Source: an uncultured delta proteobacterium | GTDB lineage: Bacteria > Myxococcota_A > Polyangia > Polyangiales > Polyangiaceae | Reading direction: 5' to 3' | NCBI GenBank assembly: GCA_963850305.1 | Contig: CAWKKR010000001.1 | Span: 192,001 to 256,000 of the forward strand | DNA: 64,000 nt | Notes under the pieces: generated by a model | What the model was told of the DNA's origin: nothing | Databases searched by the model: none | What the model saw: the letters and a program-made list of their open reading frames with translations, nothing else | Shown here: one piece after another, positions 29,216-38,977 of the stretch | How the letters are laid out: every line of letters begins with the position of its first letter | Position numbering within the stretch: the stretch's first letter is position 1 | Position numbers and translations under genes: made by a program

Positions 29216-29303
29216 CGTCCACCGTTTTCCCGCTTTCTCGGACCCACGGCAACCGACTCCTTCGCGCCCGACCATCCGACCTTGCGGTATAGAGGTCTCG
29301 CAC

Positions 29304-30476
29304 ATGCCGAGAACCGCGCAGCTCGCCGTTTTCATCGGGATTGCCCTGTCGATCATGGGGGCCATCCACTATTATGTCTGGCTGCGTCTGGTGTCCGAGC
29401 CGGCGCCCGAATATCGGCGCGCCCTCACGGCGGGGTTCTTGCTGATGTTCGCCAGCATCCCCTTCACGTTCTACGCGAGCCGCGTCGGGGACGTTGCGAC
29501 GCGGCGCTTCACGACGATGCCTGGGTACATCTGGATGGGGGTCGTGTTCATCCTCTTCTCGCTGCTCGTGTCCGTCGACGTCGCGCGACTGGTCGGCGCC
29601 ATCGTGCGCCGGATCGTCGCGGAGGCGCCACCGGTCGAGCCCGATCGGCGCCTGGCGCTCGCGCAGATCGTCGCGGGCGGCGTCGCGCTCGTGGGCGGCA
29701 TCGCGTCGCTCGCGGCGCTGCGTTCGGGGCTCGGTCCAGTGGCGGTCAAGGAGGTCCGCGTGAAACTCGGCCGGCTCCCGCGGTCGCTCCACGGGACCAC
29801 TCTCGTCCAGATCAGCGACGTGCACATAGGGCCGACACTCGGGCGCGCGTTCATCGAACACATCGTCGCGAGTGTGAATGCGCTCGCGCCGGACCTCGTC
29901 GCGATCACGGGCGATCTCGTGGACGGCTCCGTGGGGCATCTGAAGGACGAGGTCGCGCCGATCGCGAACCTGAAGTCCCGCTTCGGCACCTATTTCGTCA
30001 CGGGCAACCACGAATACTACTCGGGTACGGAGTCCTGGTGTCGGGAGCTCACGCGGCTCGGTATCCGCGTGCTTCGAAACGAACGCGTCGCCGTGGGCGA
30101 CGAGAACGGCAGCTTCGACCTGGCGGGCATCGACGACCACGACGCGACACGCTTCGGCGGCACGTCGGACGTCGCGAAGGCCGTCGAGGGCCGCGATCCG
30201 TCGCGCGAGCTCGTGCTGCTCGCGCACCAGCCGCGCTCGGCATTCGAGGCGGACCGTCACGGCGTAGGACTGCAACTCTCGGGACACACGCACGGCGGCC
30301 AGATCTGGCCCTGGAGCTACCTCGTTTATCTCCAGCAACCGATCGTCGCAGGGCTCGGTCGCATCGGGAAGACTCTCGTATACGTGAGCCGCGGAACGGG
30401 CTACTGGGGACCGCCGATGCGCCTGGCTGCGCCCGCGGAGATCACCCGCATCGTGCTCGAGGCGGCGGACTCCTAG
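29304..30476 (+). CDS. Membrane-anchored metallophosphoesterase (YkuE/YaeI-like)
   Basis: N-terminal TM helices; DVH, GDLVD, GNHE, LAHQP, SGHTHGGQ motifs. Confidence 0.92.
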   Translation: MPRTAQLAVFIGIALSIMGAIHYYVWLRLVSEPAPEYRRALTAGFLLMFASIPFTFYASRVGDVATRRFTTMPGYIWMGVVFILFSLLVSVDVARLVGAIVRRIVAEAPPVEPDRRLALAQIVAGGVALVGGIASLAALRSGLGPVAVKEVRVKLGRLPRSLHGTTLVQISDVHIGPTLGRAFIEHIVASVNALAPDLVAITGDLVDGSVGHLKDEVAPIANLKSRFGTYFVTGNHEYYSGTESWCRELTRLGIRVLRNERVAVGDENGSFDLAGIDDHDATRFGGTSDVAKAVEGRDPSRELVLLAHQPRSAFEADRHGVGLQLSGHTHGGQIWPWSYLVYLQQPIVAGLGRIGKTLVYVSRGTGYWGPPMRLAAPAEITRIVLEAADS

Positions 30477-30575
30477 CGGCGGTGCTAGGGTCGCGCGCGC
30501 GCTGCGAAGCTCCGGCTCTCGTGGCTGCGCGGAGAGTTCGAGAACGCCGGCAGCGTCCGGCTCGGAGGCATCGAG

Positions 30576-31499
30576 GTGCAACGATACGCCGGGATCTCGT
30601 GGATTCTGATGACAGCGCTGGCTGCCGTTCTCCTCGTGCTCTCCTCGAGCTCTTCCGCATGCGCGGCGCCGGTCCTCGACCCGCCGGACCGCACCGAGCC
30701 CACGCCCGCGTATCTCGACGGGGTCGGGATCCAGGAGCACCTGTCATCGCCGCTGCCCCTCGGGCTCGAGTTCCGGGACGAGAGCGGAGCGACCGTTCAC
30801 CTCGCCGACTACTTCGACGAACAGCACCCCGTGATCCTGACGTTGAACTATTCACACTGCCCGATGCTGTGCAGCCTCGAGCTCAACGGACTCGTGAACG
30901 GCCTCAAGGACCTCAAGTGGACGGCGGGCAAGGAATTTCGCATGGTGACGGTCAGCCTCGATCCAACCGAGACGCCGGACATCGCTCGAGGGACGCGGCA
31001 GCGCTACCTGCGGAACTACGGTCGGCCCGAGGCCGCCCAGGGCTGGCACTTTCTGACGGGCACCGACGCGAACATCCACGCGCTCGCCCGGGCCATCGGC
31101 TTTGGCTACCGGTACGACACGAAGGCAAAGCAATATTATCACGCCGCGGCGCTCGTCCTCGCCACGCCGAAGGGCACCCTGGCGCGGTACCTGTACGGCA
31201 TTCGCTTCACGCCGGAGACCCTGCGGCTCGGTCTCGTCGAGTCGTCGCAGGGCGAGATCGGCACGACAATCGACGCCCTCATCCTCTATTGCTGCGCTTA
31301 CAACCCGGCGGAGGGCAGCTACGCAGCCGTCGCCAACCGGGTGATGAACCTCCTCGCCGTCGCGGTCCTCGTCGCGTTGGTCGCGATGCTCAGCATCCTC
31401 TGGCTCGCGGAGATCCGGAAGAAGCGGCGAGCGGACGCCCTCGTGCACGGAGGCGGAGGTTCGAAGGTCACTCCGGAAGAACGACGGGGCGGCGCATGA
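30576..31499 (+). CDS. SCO1/SenC-family copper chaperone
   Basis: Signal peptide, CPMLC (CxxxC), downstream His (QYYHAA), C-terminal TM helix. Confidence 0.88.
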   Translation: MQRYAGISWILMTALAAVLLVLSSSSSACAAPVLDPPDRTEPTPAYLDGVGIQEHLSSPLPLGLEFRDESGATVHLADYFDEQHPVILTLNYSHCPMLCSLELNGLVNGLKDLKWTAGKEFRMVTVSLDPTETPDIARGTRQRYLRNYGRPEAAQGWHFLTGTDANIHALARAIGFGYRYDTKAKQYYHAAALVLATPKGTLARYLYGIRFTPETLRLGLVESSQGEIGTTIDALILYCCAYNPAEGSYAAVANRVMNLLAVAVLVALVAMLSILWLAEIRKKRRADALVHGGGGSKVTPEERRGGA

Positions 31500-31511
31500 A
31501 GGCGCGACCCG

Positions 31512-33086
31512 TCATCGAATCGGCGACGTCGTCACTGACGCGATGCGCTCGGCAATCCGCATCCCGTCCATCGCCGCGCTCATGATGCCGCCGGCGTAGC
31601 CCGCACCTTCACCAGCAGGGTAGAGCCCGCGCAGATCGGGTGACTCGAGCGTCTCCGGGTCACGCGGGACCCGCACGGGGGAGCTCGTCCGGGATTCGAC
31701 ACCGACGAGCACGGCGTCCTCCGTGAGGTAGCCCCGAACACGCTGACCGAAGACGCGGAGGGCCGCTCGCAATCGCGACGCGAGCGGAAGTCCGCCCGCG
31801 TCGAGGACGTCCGCGACGTTCGCCGCCGTGAGGCCGGGGATGTAACTCGACCGCGGCACGGTCGTGGACGCGCGGCCCTCGAGGAAATCGGTCACGCGAG
31901 TCGCGGGGGCACGGAGCATGCCGCCGCCGGCCGCGAGCGCCACGCCCTCGATGCGTCTCTGGAGCTCGACGCCGCCGAGGACGTGCCGGTAACCCGCGCG
32001 TGCCAGGTCCACCGGTTCCACGCTCACGACCAGACCGGAATTCGCGAAAGGAGAGTTGCGCCTGGACAGACTCATCCCGTTCACGACGAGCCCCGAAGCT
32101 TCGGTCGACGCGGGCACGATGAATCCCCCGGGGCACATGCAAAACGAAAACACGCCGCGAGCGTCCACCGTCTCGGCGAGGCGATAGGTCGCGGCCGGCA
32201 AGGCGGGATGGCCAGCGACGGCGCCATACTGAATGCTATCGATCAGCGGCTGCGGGTGTTCGATGCGCACACCGACCGCGAACGCCTTCGGCTCGAGCCG
32301 GACGCCTTCCGCCGCGAGGAGCGAGTAGACGTCGGCCGCGGAGTGTCCCGTCGCAAGCACGACGCGCTCAGCGTCGATTTCGCTCCCATCCGCCAGGATC
32401 ACGCCCGCGACCCGTCCATCCTTCGTCGCGACGAGGCGAACCACGCGGGAACCGAACCGAAACTCGACGCCCGTTCGCTCGAGCTCTTCCCGGATGCTGG
32501 TGACGACCTCCGGCAGCCGGTTCGAGCCGATGTGCGGGCGCGCATCGGTGAGGATGGCCTCCGGTGCGCCGTGTCGCGCGAGGATCTCGATGACGTCGCG
32601 CACGCTCCCTCTCTTGTGAGCGCGCGTGTAGAGCTTGCCGTCGCTGTACGTGCCTGCGCCACCTTCGCCGAAACAGTAGTTGCTGTCCGGATCGACCTCT
32701 CCGCGACGATTCAAGCCCTTGAGGTCACGCCGCCGAGGCTGCACGAGCTTGCCCCGGTCCACCACGATCGAGCCGATGCCCCGCCGCGCGAGCTCGTAAG
32801 CGCAGAAGAGCCCCGCGGGTCCCGCGCCGATGATGACGACGCGCTTCGGGCCCACTTCGCGAGGATGGGGTGCACCCAGATCGCTTTCCCGCGCCTCGCC
32901 GACCTCGAATACGAGATGAAATCGGACGCGCCCGCGCCGGGCATCCACGGACTTCTTCCGTAGCGCGATTGGCGGTAGATCGGCTTCGGCAACACCGAGG
33001 GCCCTGGCGACGCGACTTCGAAGCCCGAGGGCATCGGCCGCGTCGTCGGGCGATACATCCAGGGTGATCTCCGTCGCCGGGCGCAC
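31512..33086 (-). CDS. FAD-dependent oxidoreductase (COG2509-like)
   Basis: IGAGPAG, FGEGGAGTYSDGKL, PHIGSNRL, FCMCPGG, GEGAGYAGGIMSAA. Confidence 0.88.
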   Translation of the reverse strand: MRPATEITLDVSPDDAADALGLRSRVARALGVAEADLPPIALRKKSVDARRGRVRFHLVFEVGEARESDLGAPHPREVGPKRVVIIGAGPAGLFCAYELARRGIGSIVVDRGKLVQPRRRDLKGLNRRGEVDPDSNYCFGEGGAGTYSDGKLYTRAHKRGSVRDVIEILARHGAPEAILTDARPHIGSNRLPEVVTSIREELERTGVEFRFGSRVVRLVATKDGRVAGVILADGSEIDAERVVLATGHSAADVYSLLAAEGVRLEPKAFAVGVRIEHPQPLIDSIQYGAVAGHPALPAATYRLAETVDARGVFSFCMCPGGFIVPASTEASGLVVNGMSLSRRNSPFANSGLVVSVEPVDLARAGYRHVLGGVELQRRIEGVALAAGGGMLRAPATRVTDFLEGRASTTVPRSSYIPGLTAANVADVLDAGGLPLASRLRAALRVFGQRVRGYLTEDAVLVGVESRTSSPVRVPRDPETLESPDLRGLYPAGEGAGYAGGIMSAAMDGMRIAERIASVTTSPIR

Positions 33087-33167
33087 CCGTGCCTTCTACC
33101 GGAACGCGAGCGGCATGGCGAAACGTGAACGCGACGCGGGCTAGCCGAAAGGGAGCAGTGAGCCGTC

Positions 33168-33217
33168 TTGACGCGGGGATTGCCGTGCCGCATGTTCCTG
33201 CGCCGGAAAAACAGGAG
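33168..33217 (+). promoter_or_regulatory. Sigma70-type promoter and RBS of tpx
   Basis: TTGACG-17 nt-CATGTT (33168-33196); AGGAG at 33213-33217 before ATG 33225. Confidence 0.5.
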
Positions 33218-33224
33218 AATCATC

Positions 33225-33740
33225 ATGACCGAACTGAGAAAAGGCGCGATCAACTGGAAGGGGCCGGCGGACCTTGAAGGCCCGGAAATCAAGAAGGGGG
33301 ACCGGGCACCGTCCGCGTTCAGCCTCATCGGAACGGACATGAGCGAGGTCAAGGGAACCGACCTGTCGGGTACCGTTCGAATCCTGTGCGCGGTGCCTTC
33401 GCTCGACACTGCGGTCTGCGACGTCGAGATGAAGCGGTTCAACACCGAGGCGGCCAAGCTACCGGGCGTGACGATCGCCGCAGTCTCCCTCGACCTGCCG
33501 TTCGCCGCGAAGCGCTGGTGTGGCGCCACGGGCAGCGACAAGATCCGCGCGCTCAGTGACTTCAAGTTCCGCAACTTCGGCACGGCGTACGGCGTATTCG
33601 TTCCCGCGAAGGGGCTCCTGGCTCGTGCCGTGTTCGTCATCGGCAAGGACGACATCGTCAAGCATGCGGAATACGTCGCGGACGTCGGCCAGGAGCCGAA
33701 CTACGACGCCGCACTCGCGGCCGCCAAAGCGCTCGTCTGA
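33225..33740 (+). CDS. tpx: Thiol peroxidase (atypical 2-Cys peroxiredoxin)
   Basis: VPSLDTAVC, SLDLPFAAKRWC, GLLARAVFV, EPNYDAAL. Confidence 0.94.
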   Translation: MTELRKGAINWKGPADLEGPEIKKGDRAPSAFSLIGTDMSEVKGTDLSGTVRILCAVPSLDTAVCDVEMKRFNTEAAKLPGVTIAAVSLDLPFAAKRWCGATGSDKIRALSDFKFRNFGTAYGVFVPAKGLLARAVFVIGKDDIVKHAEYVADVGQEPNYDAALAAAKALV

Positions 33741-33955
33741 AGTCGCTCACGAGCTGAGCTCATCGGTCAACGACGCTGCGCGGCAAGCCGCATGCGCGGC
33801 GATGCGGGCGCCACGGCGTTGGCGACTCCATCGAGAACTTCCGTCGGGCTCCTGCCGCGCGGGAGCGGCGCAGAGCGGCGCCCACAATGTGGGTGGGCGC
33901 AATGCAGCGTCGAGACGGAAGGCAGCGGTTCGACGGGTGATGTACGCTTGCGGAA

Positions 33956-36900
33956 GTGTCGAAGTGGAAACTCTGGGGCCTCGTCCTCACTCTCCTCACT
34001 CTCACGGGCTGCACGACTGGGGGGCTCGACGACCTCTCCGGCGGGGTGGGCACGGTCGGTACTGGAGGGACAGGCCCGCGGGCCGACGGCGGAGGCCATC
34101 CTTCCTCGTGCAACGATGGGACGAAGGACGGCACCGAGACCGACGTTGATTGCGGCGGCGCCGATTGCGCCGCGTGCGCGAGCGGCAAGAGCTGCATCGC
34201 AGGAACCGATTGCCTGAGCGCAACATGCGCGAGCGGAACCTGCCGAGCCGCAGGATGCACCGACGGACAGAAGGACGGAACCGAATCCGATGTGGACTGC
34301 GGCGGCTCCTGCAATCCATGCGCGACGGGTAACCAGTGCTCCGCCCCGGCCGACTGCACGAGCGGGGTGTGTACCTCGGGCGAGTGCGCGGCTCCAACCT
34401 GCACCGACGACGTCAAAAACGGAGTCGAGACCGACGTCGACTGTGGCGGTTCGTGCCCGGCGTGCGCGCTGCTGAAGGCGTGCGCGCTGCCGAGCGATTG
34501 CGTGTCGGCGTTTTGCACCGGGGGGACATGCCAGGCCGCGACTTGCACGGACAAGGTGAAGGACGGGACGGAAACCGATGTCGACTGCGGCGGCGCTTCG
34601 TGTGCCTCGTGCGCGCCAGGCCTCGCCTGCGTCACTTCGACGGACTGCGCCTCGTCGATCTGCGAAAACGCGGTGTGCCAGGACGTCTCATGCACGGACA
34701 AGGTCAAGAACGGCACGGAGACCGACGTCGACTGCGGCGGCTCCTGCCCGGCATGCGCCGTCGGCAAGACCTGCAAGTTCGGGGGTAACTGTCTGACCGA
34801 CGTGTGCACGGGCAGCACGTGCGCAGCGGCGGCCTGCGACGACGGCGTCAAGAACGCAGACGAAACCGACGTCGACTGTGGCGGCTCCTGCCCAGCGTGT
34901 GGGGTCGGCTCCAAGTGCGGCGTCGCGGCGGACTGCACGACCGGCTTTTGTTCGTCACAGACTTGCAGCGACACGTCGTGCGCGGACGGCGTGCGGAACG
35001 GAACCGAAACTGGAGTCGACTGTGGCGGCCTGTGCTCCGGGTGCGGGCCCGGCATCGGTTGCAACGAAAACTCCGACTGCGCGAGCGATATTTGCGGCAA
35101 TGACTCCTTGTGCCGCGCGGCGAGCTGTTCCGACACGGTGAAAAATGGCACGGAGACCGACGTCGACTGCGGCGGTTCGTGTCCGGGGTGCGATCCGGGG
35201 CTGCTCTGCAAGCAGGGGACGGATTGCTCGTCCGGCGTGTGCGCCAGTGGCGTCTGTCAGGCGCCCACGTGCGCGGACTCGGTCCAGAATGGGAACGAGA
35301 CGGACGTCGACTGCGGCGGGACGTCTTGCGGCGCGTGCGCCGCAGGCAAAGCCTGCACGGGGAACTCGGACTGTTCGTCCGAGGTCTGCACGTCGAAGGT
35401 CTGCCAGGGCGCGTCGTGCACGGACGGCGCGAAGAACGGCGACGAGACGGACGTCGACTGCGGCGGGAGCTGCACGGGTTGCGCCGCGGGGCTCTCGTGC
35501 CTGGTCGCGGGCGATTGTGCGACGGCGTACTGTTCGTCGAACGTCTGCACCGCGCCCGGGTGTCAGGACAAGGCGAAGAACGGAACGGAGACGGACGTCG
35601 ACTGCGGCGGCGGGAGCTGCCCCCCGTGCGCCGACGCAGACACGTGCAAGATCGCTACCGACTGCAAGAGCAAGGATTGCGCCTCGAACACCTGTCAGCC
35701 GGCAACGTGTTCCGACAAGATCCAGAACGGAACGGAGACCGGAGTCGACTGCGGCGGTGGCGGTTGCCCCGCGTGCGGCACCGGCGGCACCTGTGCGAAG
35801 GGCTCCGACTGCGCGAGCCTCGTGTGCTCCTCCGTATGTCAGGCGGCGACCTGTTCGGACTTCGTGAAGAACGCGAACGAGAGCGATGTCGACTGCGGGG
35901 GTGGCACCTGCGCCGCCTGCTCGCCGGGGCAAGCGTGCAAAATCGCCGCGGACTGCAAGAGCGTCGTATGCACCGCTTCCGTGTGTCAGACCGGAACCTG
36001 CGCGGACAAGGTGAAGAACGGCTCGGAAACGGACGTTGACTGCGGCGGTTCGTCGTGTCCCGGCTGCGCGCCGGGCGGCGTGTGCGCCCAGGGCGGCGAC
36101 TGTGCGAGCGGCGTGTGCGTCGGTGCGAGCTGCGTCGCGCCGACGTGCTCCGACGGTGTCAAGAACGGCACCGAGGTCGACGTCGACTGCGGCGGTTCCT
36201 GTGCAGCCTGCGGATCCGGGAAGAATTGCACCGCGGCGGGGGACTGCGCGAGCAAGGTCTGCGCCGGAAGCAAATGCCAGACGCCGAGCTGCACGGACGG
36301 CGTCAAGAACGGCACCGAGAGCGACACGGATTGCGGAGGGTCGTCCTGCGCCGCGTGCGCGAGCGGGAAAGCGTGCACCGTCGCGGGCGACTGCGCGAGC
36401 AGCGTGTGCACCGGAAATAAATGCCAGGCCGCGAGTTGCAGCGACAAGGTCAAGAACCAGGACGAGACCGACGTAGACTGCGGCGGTGCGACGTGCAGCG
36501 CCTGCGGAGTGGGCCTGCACTGCACGAGCGGGGCCGATTGCTCGAGTGGCGCCTGCGTCACCGGCGTGTGCGCGACGGCAAGCTGCTCGGATGGCCTGAA
36601 GGACGGATCCGAGTCGGACGTGGACTGCGGCGGCTCGTGCCCGAAGTGTGCGACCGGCAAGAAGTGCGGCACGGCACCGGACTGCTCGAGCGGCGTGTGC
36701 ACGTCCGGCACCTGCAAGGCCGCCGCGTGTAACGACGGCGTCAAGAACGGCACAGAGAGCGACATCGACTGCGGCGGTTCTTGCACCGCATGTGCGTCCG
36801 GACAGGCGTGCAACACGGGAGCGGATTGCACGGGCAAGGTCTGCACCTCGAGCATCTGCGCCGTGCCCAGTTGCACCGATGGCCAGCAGAACGGAACCGA

Positions 36901-38929
36901 AACGGACGTGGATTGCGGCGGTGGCTCGTGCAGCCCCTGCCCGGCCGGGAAGAAGTGCAAGGGCCCCACGGACTGCACGACGGACTCCTGCAGCGGGACC
37001 TGCCAGACGGCGACCTGCACGGACGGCGTCAAGAATGGAGCCGAGACGGGCACCGATTGCGGCGGCGGCACCTGCCCCACTTGCGCGAACGGGAGCTCTT
37101 GCCTGTCGAGCGGCGATTGCAGCTCGGGGGTGTGCTCCGGCGGCCTTTGCACCGCGGCGGGATGCAACGACAGGGTGAAAAACGGTTCGGAGACGGACGT
37201 GGATTGCGGCGGCCCGACCTGCGCTCCATGTCCGGCGGGCGATCATTGTGTTGCGGCCGCGGACTGCGCCAGCAAGGACTGCTCGAGCTCCACGTGTCTC
37301 GCGCCGACTTGCACCGATCACATCCAGAACGGCTCCGAGACCGGCGCGGACTGCGGCGGTGGCAGCTGCCCGGCGTGCGCGGCGGGGTTCGGCTGCGCGA
37401 CGCAGTCCGATTGCACGAGCGGCGTGTGCAAGACCAGCATCTGCCAGGCGCCCACCTGCTCGGACTTCGTCAGGAACGGTAACGAGACCGATGTCGATTG
37501 CGGCGGAGGAACGTGCGGCGGGTGCGCCCCTGGCGGCGCATGTGGCGTCTCCGGTGATTGCACGAGCCTGAATTGCTCTGGCAAGGTTTGTCAGTCACCG
37601 ACGTGTACCGACGGCCTGCTGAACGGCAACGAGAGCAGCGTCGATTGCGGGGGCGGCACCTGCAGCACCTGCGGCGACGGCCTCACCTGCAACACGGCCA
37701 ACGATTGCACGAGCAAGGTCTGCACGACCAAGGCGTGCCAGACGCCGACCTGCAGTGACGGGGTCCTGAACGGCGACGAGACCGGAGTCGACTGCGGCGG
37801 CTCCTGCCCCGCCACTTGCTGCACGACACACACGCTGCCGCCCTCCGTGAACGTCGATGCCACTCAATGGTCCGCGGACTTCCTCACGTCACCCGTCTGG
37901 AACTGTGACGCCGCTGGTACCACGACCATCAACTCGAACACCGGCCAGATCACGAGCACGGGCTGCGCGCTCACGGCCGACTTCACCAATGGGGTGACGG
38001 AGATCGGCACGACGGCAACGGTCATGGTGGTCCGGCTCCAGGGACTCACTGTGACGAACGGCCACGTGATCCAGCTGACGGGCGACAAGCCCATCGTCTT
38101 CCTGGTAGCAGGGAATGTCGTCATCGACACGGAGGGCAACATCGACGCGAGCGCGAATGGCACCGCAGCGGGGCCCGGAGGTAGCGACTCGACGCAGTGC
38201 ACTGGCTCGACCGGCACGGCATCTTCAGCGACAGGCATTGGCGGCGGCGGTGGAGGGTTCGGTACCGCGGGGGGTTACGGCGCCAAGGTCGATGGCACGA
38301 GCGGCAGCGCGGGAGGAGCCGTTAGCTCGATAGCCAACCTTCAGCCTCTCCGCGGTGGATGTTCCGGAGGGACCGGGGGAGGGTCCCAAAAATTCGCGGG
38401 CGGGGGCGGCGGCGGGGCGTTCGAGATCAGCGCGTCTGGAACCATCACAATCGGACACTCGGGCGACACCTCGACGACGAGCGGCACGCTGAGTGCCGCT
38501 GGCGGTTACTCCCTGGGCGCGCCCAAGTCGGGGAGCCAAAATAGTGGCAGTGCCGGTGCGGGGAGTGGCGGTGGGATTCTCGTCGTGTCACCTGCAACCG
38601 CCACATTCGGCACCAACGGTGCGGCCCGCGTCCACGGAGGGGGGTCCGGGTCCGGACATGGCACGAGCGCAGACCCAGGCGGCAACAACGGGACGAACGG
38701 GCATACCGCGGACAACACGGCAGCGGCGGGGGGCGCAGCGCCGAACATCAACGGGGCCGCCGGCGTCAAGGGCGGGCTCTGCGCCGGCAACAACTGCTCG
38801 ATCGCTTCGGCGCCGGGGTCAAACGGCACTCACGCGTCGGCAGGGCCGAATCTCGACGGGTCCGGCGGTGGCGGCGGTGGCGGCCGCGTCGTGGTGATGA
38901 CCAGCGCGGCCACGGTCGCGTGTGACTGA
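33956..38929 (+). CDS. Giant Cys-rich repeat lipoprotein (1657 aa) with Gly-rich C-terminal domain
   Basis: Lipobox LTGC; 26 copies of CxDxx(K/Q)NGxETDVDCGG; non-repetitive beta/Gly-rich C-terminal region of about 370 aa. Confidence 0.88.
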   Translation: MSKWKLWGLVLTLLTLTGCTTGGLDDLSGGVGTVGTGGTGPRADGGGHPSSCNDGTKDGTETDVDCGGADCAACASGKSCIAGTDCLSATCASGTCRAAGCTDGQKDGTESDVDCGGSCNPCATGNQCSAPADCTSGVCTSGECAAPTCTDDVKNGVETDVDCGGSCPACALLKACALPSDCVSAFCTGGTCQAATCTDKVKDGTETDVDCGGASCASCAPGLACVTSTDCASSICENAVCQDVSCTDKVKNGTETDVDCGGSCPACAVGKTCKFGGNCLTDVCTGSTCAAAACDDGVKNADETDVDCGGSCPACGVGSKCGVAADCTTGFCSSQTCSDTSCADGVRNGTETGVDCGGLCSGCGPGIGCNENSDCASDICGNDSLCRAASCSDTVKNGTETDVDCGGSCPGCDPGLLCKQGTDCSSGVCASGVCQAPTCADSVQNGNETDVDCGGTSCGACAAGKACTGNSDCSSEVCTSKVCQGASCTDGAKNGDETDVDCGGSCTGCAAGLSCLVAGDCATAYCSSNVCTAPGCQDKAKNGTETDVDCGGGSCPPCADADTCKIATDCKSKDCASNTCQPATCSDKIQNGTETGVDCGGGGCPACGTGGTCAKGSDCASLVCSSVCQAATCSDFVKNANESDVDCGGGTCAACSPGQACKIAADCKSVVCTASVCQTGTCADKVKNGSETDVDCGGSSCPGCAPGGVCAQGGDCASGVCVGASCVAPTCSDGVKNGTEVDVDCGGSCAACGSGKNCTAAGDCASKVCAGSKCQTPSCTDGVKNGTESDTDCGGSSCAACASGKACTVAGDCASSVCTGNKCQAASCSDKVKNQDETDVDCGGATCSACGVGLHCTSGADCSSGACVTGVCATASCSDGLKDGSESDVDCGGSCPKCATGKKCGTAPDCSSGVCTSGTCKAAACNDGVKNGTESDIDCGGSCTACASGQACNTGADCTGKVCTSSICAVPSCTDGQQNGTETDVDCGGGSCSPCPAGKKCKGPTDCTTDSCSGTCQTATCTDGVKNGAETGTDCGGGTCPTCANGSSCLSSGDCSSGVCSGGLCTAAGCNDRVKNGSETDVDCGGPTCAPCPAGDHCVAAADCASKDCSSSTCLAPTCTDHIQNGSETGADCGGGSCPACAAGFGCATQSDCTSGVCKTSICQAPTCSDFVRNGNETDVDCGGGTCGGCAPGGACGVSGDCTSLNCSGKVCQSPTCTDGLLNGNESSVDCGGGTCSTCGDGLTCNTANDCTSKVCTTKACQTPTCSDGVLNGDETGVDCGGSCPATCCTTHTLPPSVNVDATQWSADFLTSPVWNCDAAGTTTINSNTGQITSTGCALTADFTNGVTEIGTTATVMVVRLQGLTVTNGHVIQLTGDKPIVFLVAGNVVIDTEGNIDASANGTAAGPGGSDSTQCTGSTGTASSATGIGGGGGGFGTAGGYGAKVDGTSGSAGGAVSSIANLQPLRGGCSGGTGGGSQKFAGGGGGGAFEISASGTITIGHSGDTSTTSGTLSAAGGYSLGAPKSGSQNSGSAGAGSGGGILVVSPATATFGTNGAARVHGGGSGSGHGTSADPGGNNGTNGHTADNTAAAGGAAPNINGAAGVKGGLCAGNNCSIASAPGSNGTHASAGPNLDGSGGGGGGGRVVVMTSAATVACD
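34109..37822 (+). repeat. Coding tandem repeat, ~147-150 bp period (49-50 aa, 8 Cys)
   Basis: 26 DCGG motifs counted in the translation (25 full units plus a partial last one). Confidence 0.9.
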
Positions 38930-38977
38930 GGCGCAGCGCCCCGAAACGCCGGCCCGAGGGTGCGCGTTGCCCGCGCG

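Noticed and set aside
33125..33165. SRP (4.5S) RNA-like motif CCGAAAGGGAGCAG
   Set aside because: The 5' half of the conserved loop (CAGG) is missing, and the region is occupied by two putative divergent promoters.
33760..33925. Several 8-9-bp inverted repeats upstream of the giant lipoprotein (possible riboswitch)
   Set aside because: No recognisable aptamer consensus; such stems are common at this GC, and the gene appears leaderless.
34109..37822. Regularly spaced DNA repeats resembling a CRISPR array
   Set aside because: In-frame coding repeats with wobble variation, ~148-bp period, and no cas genes.
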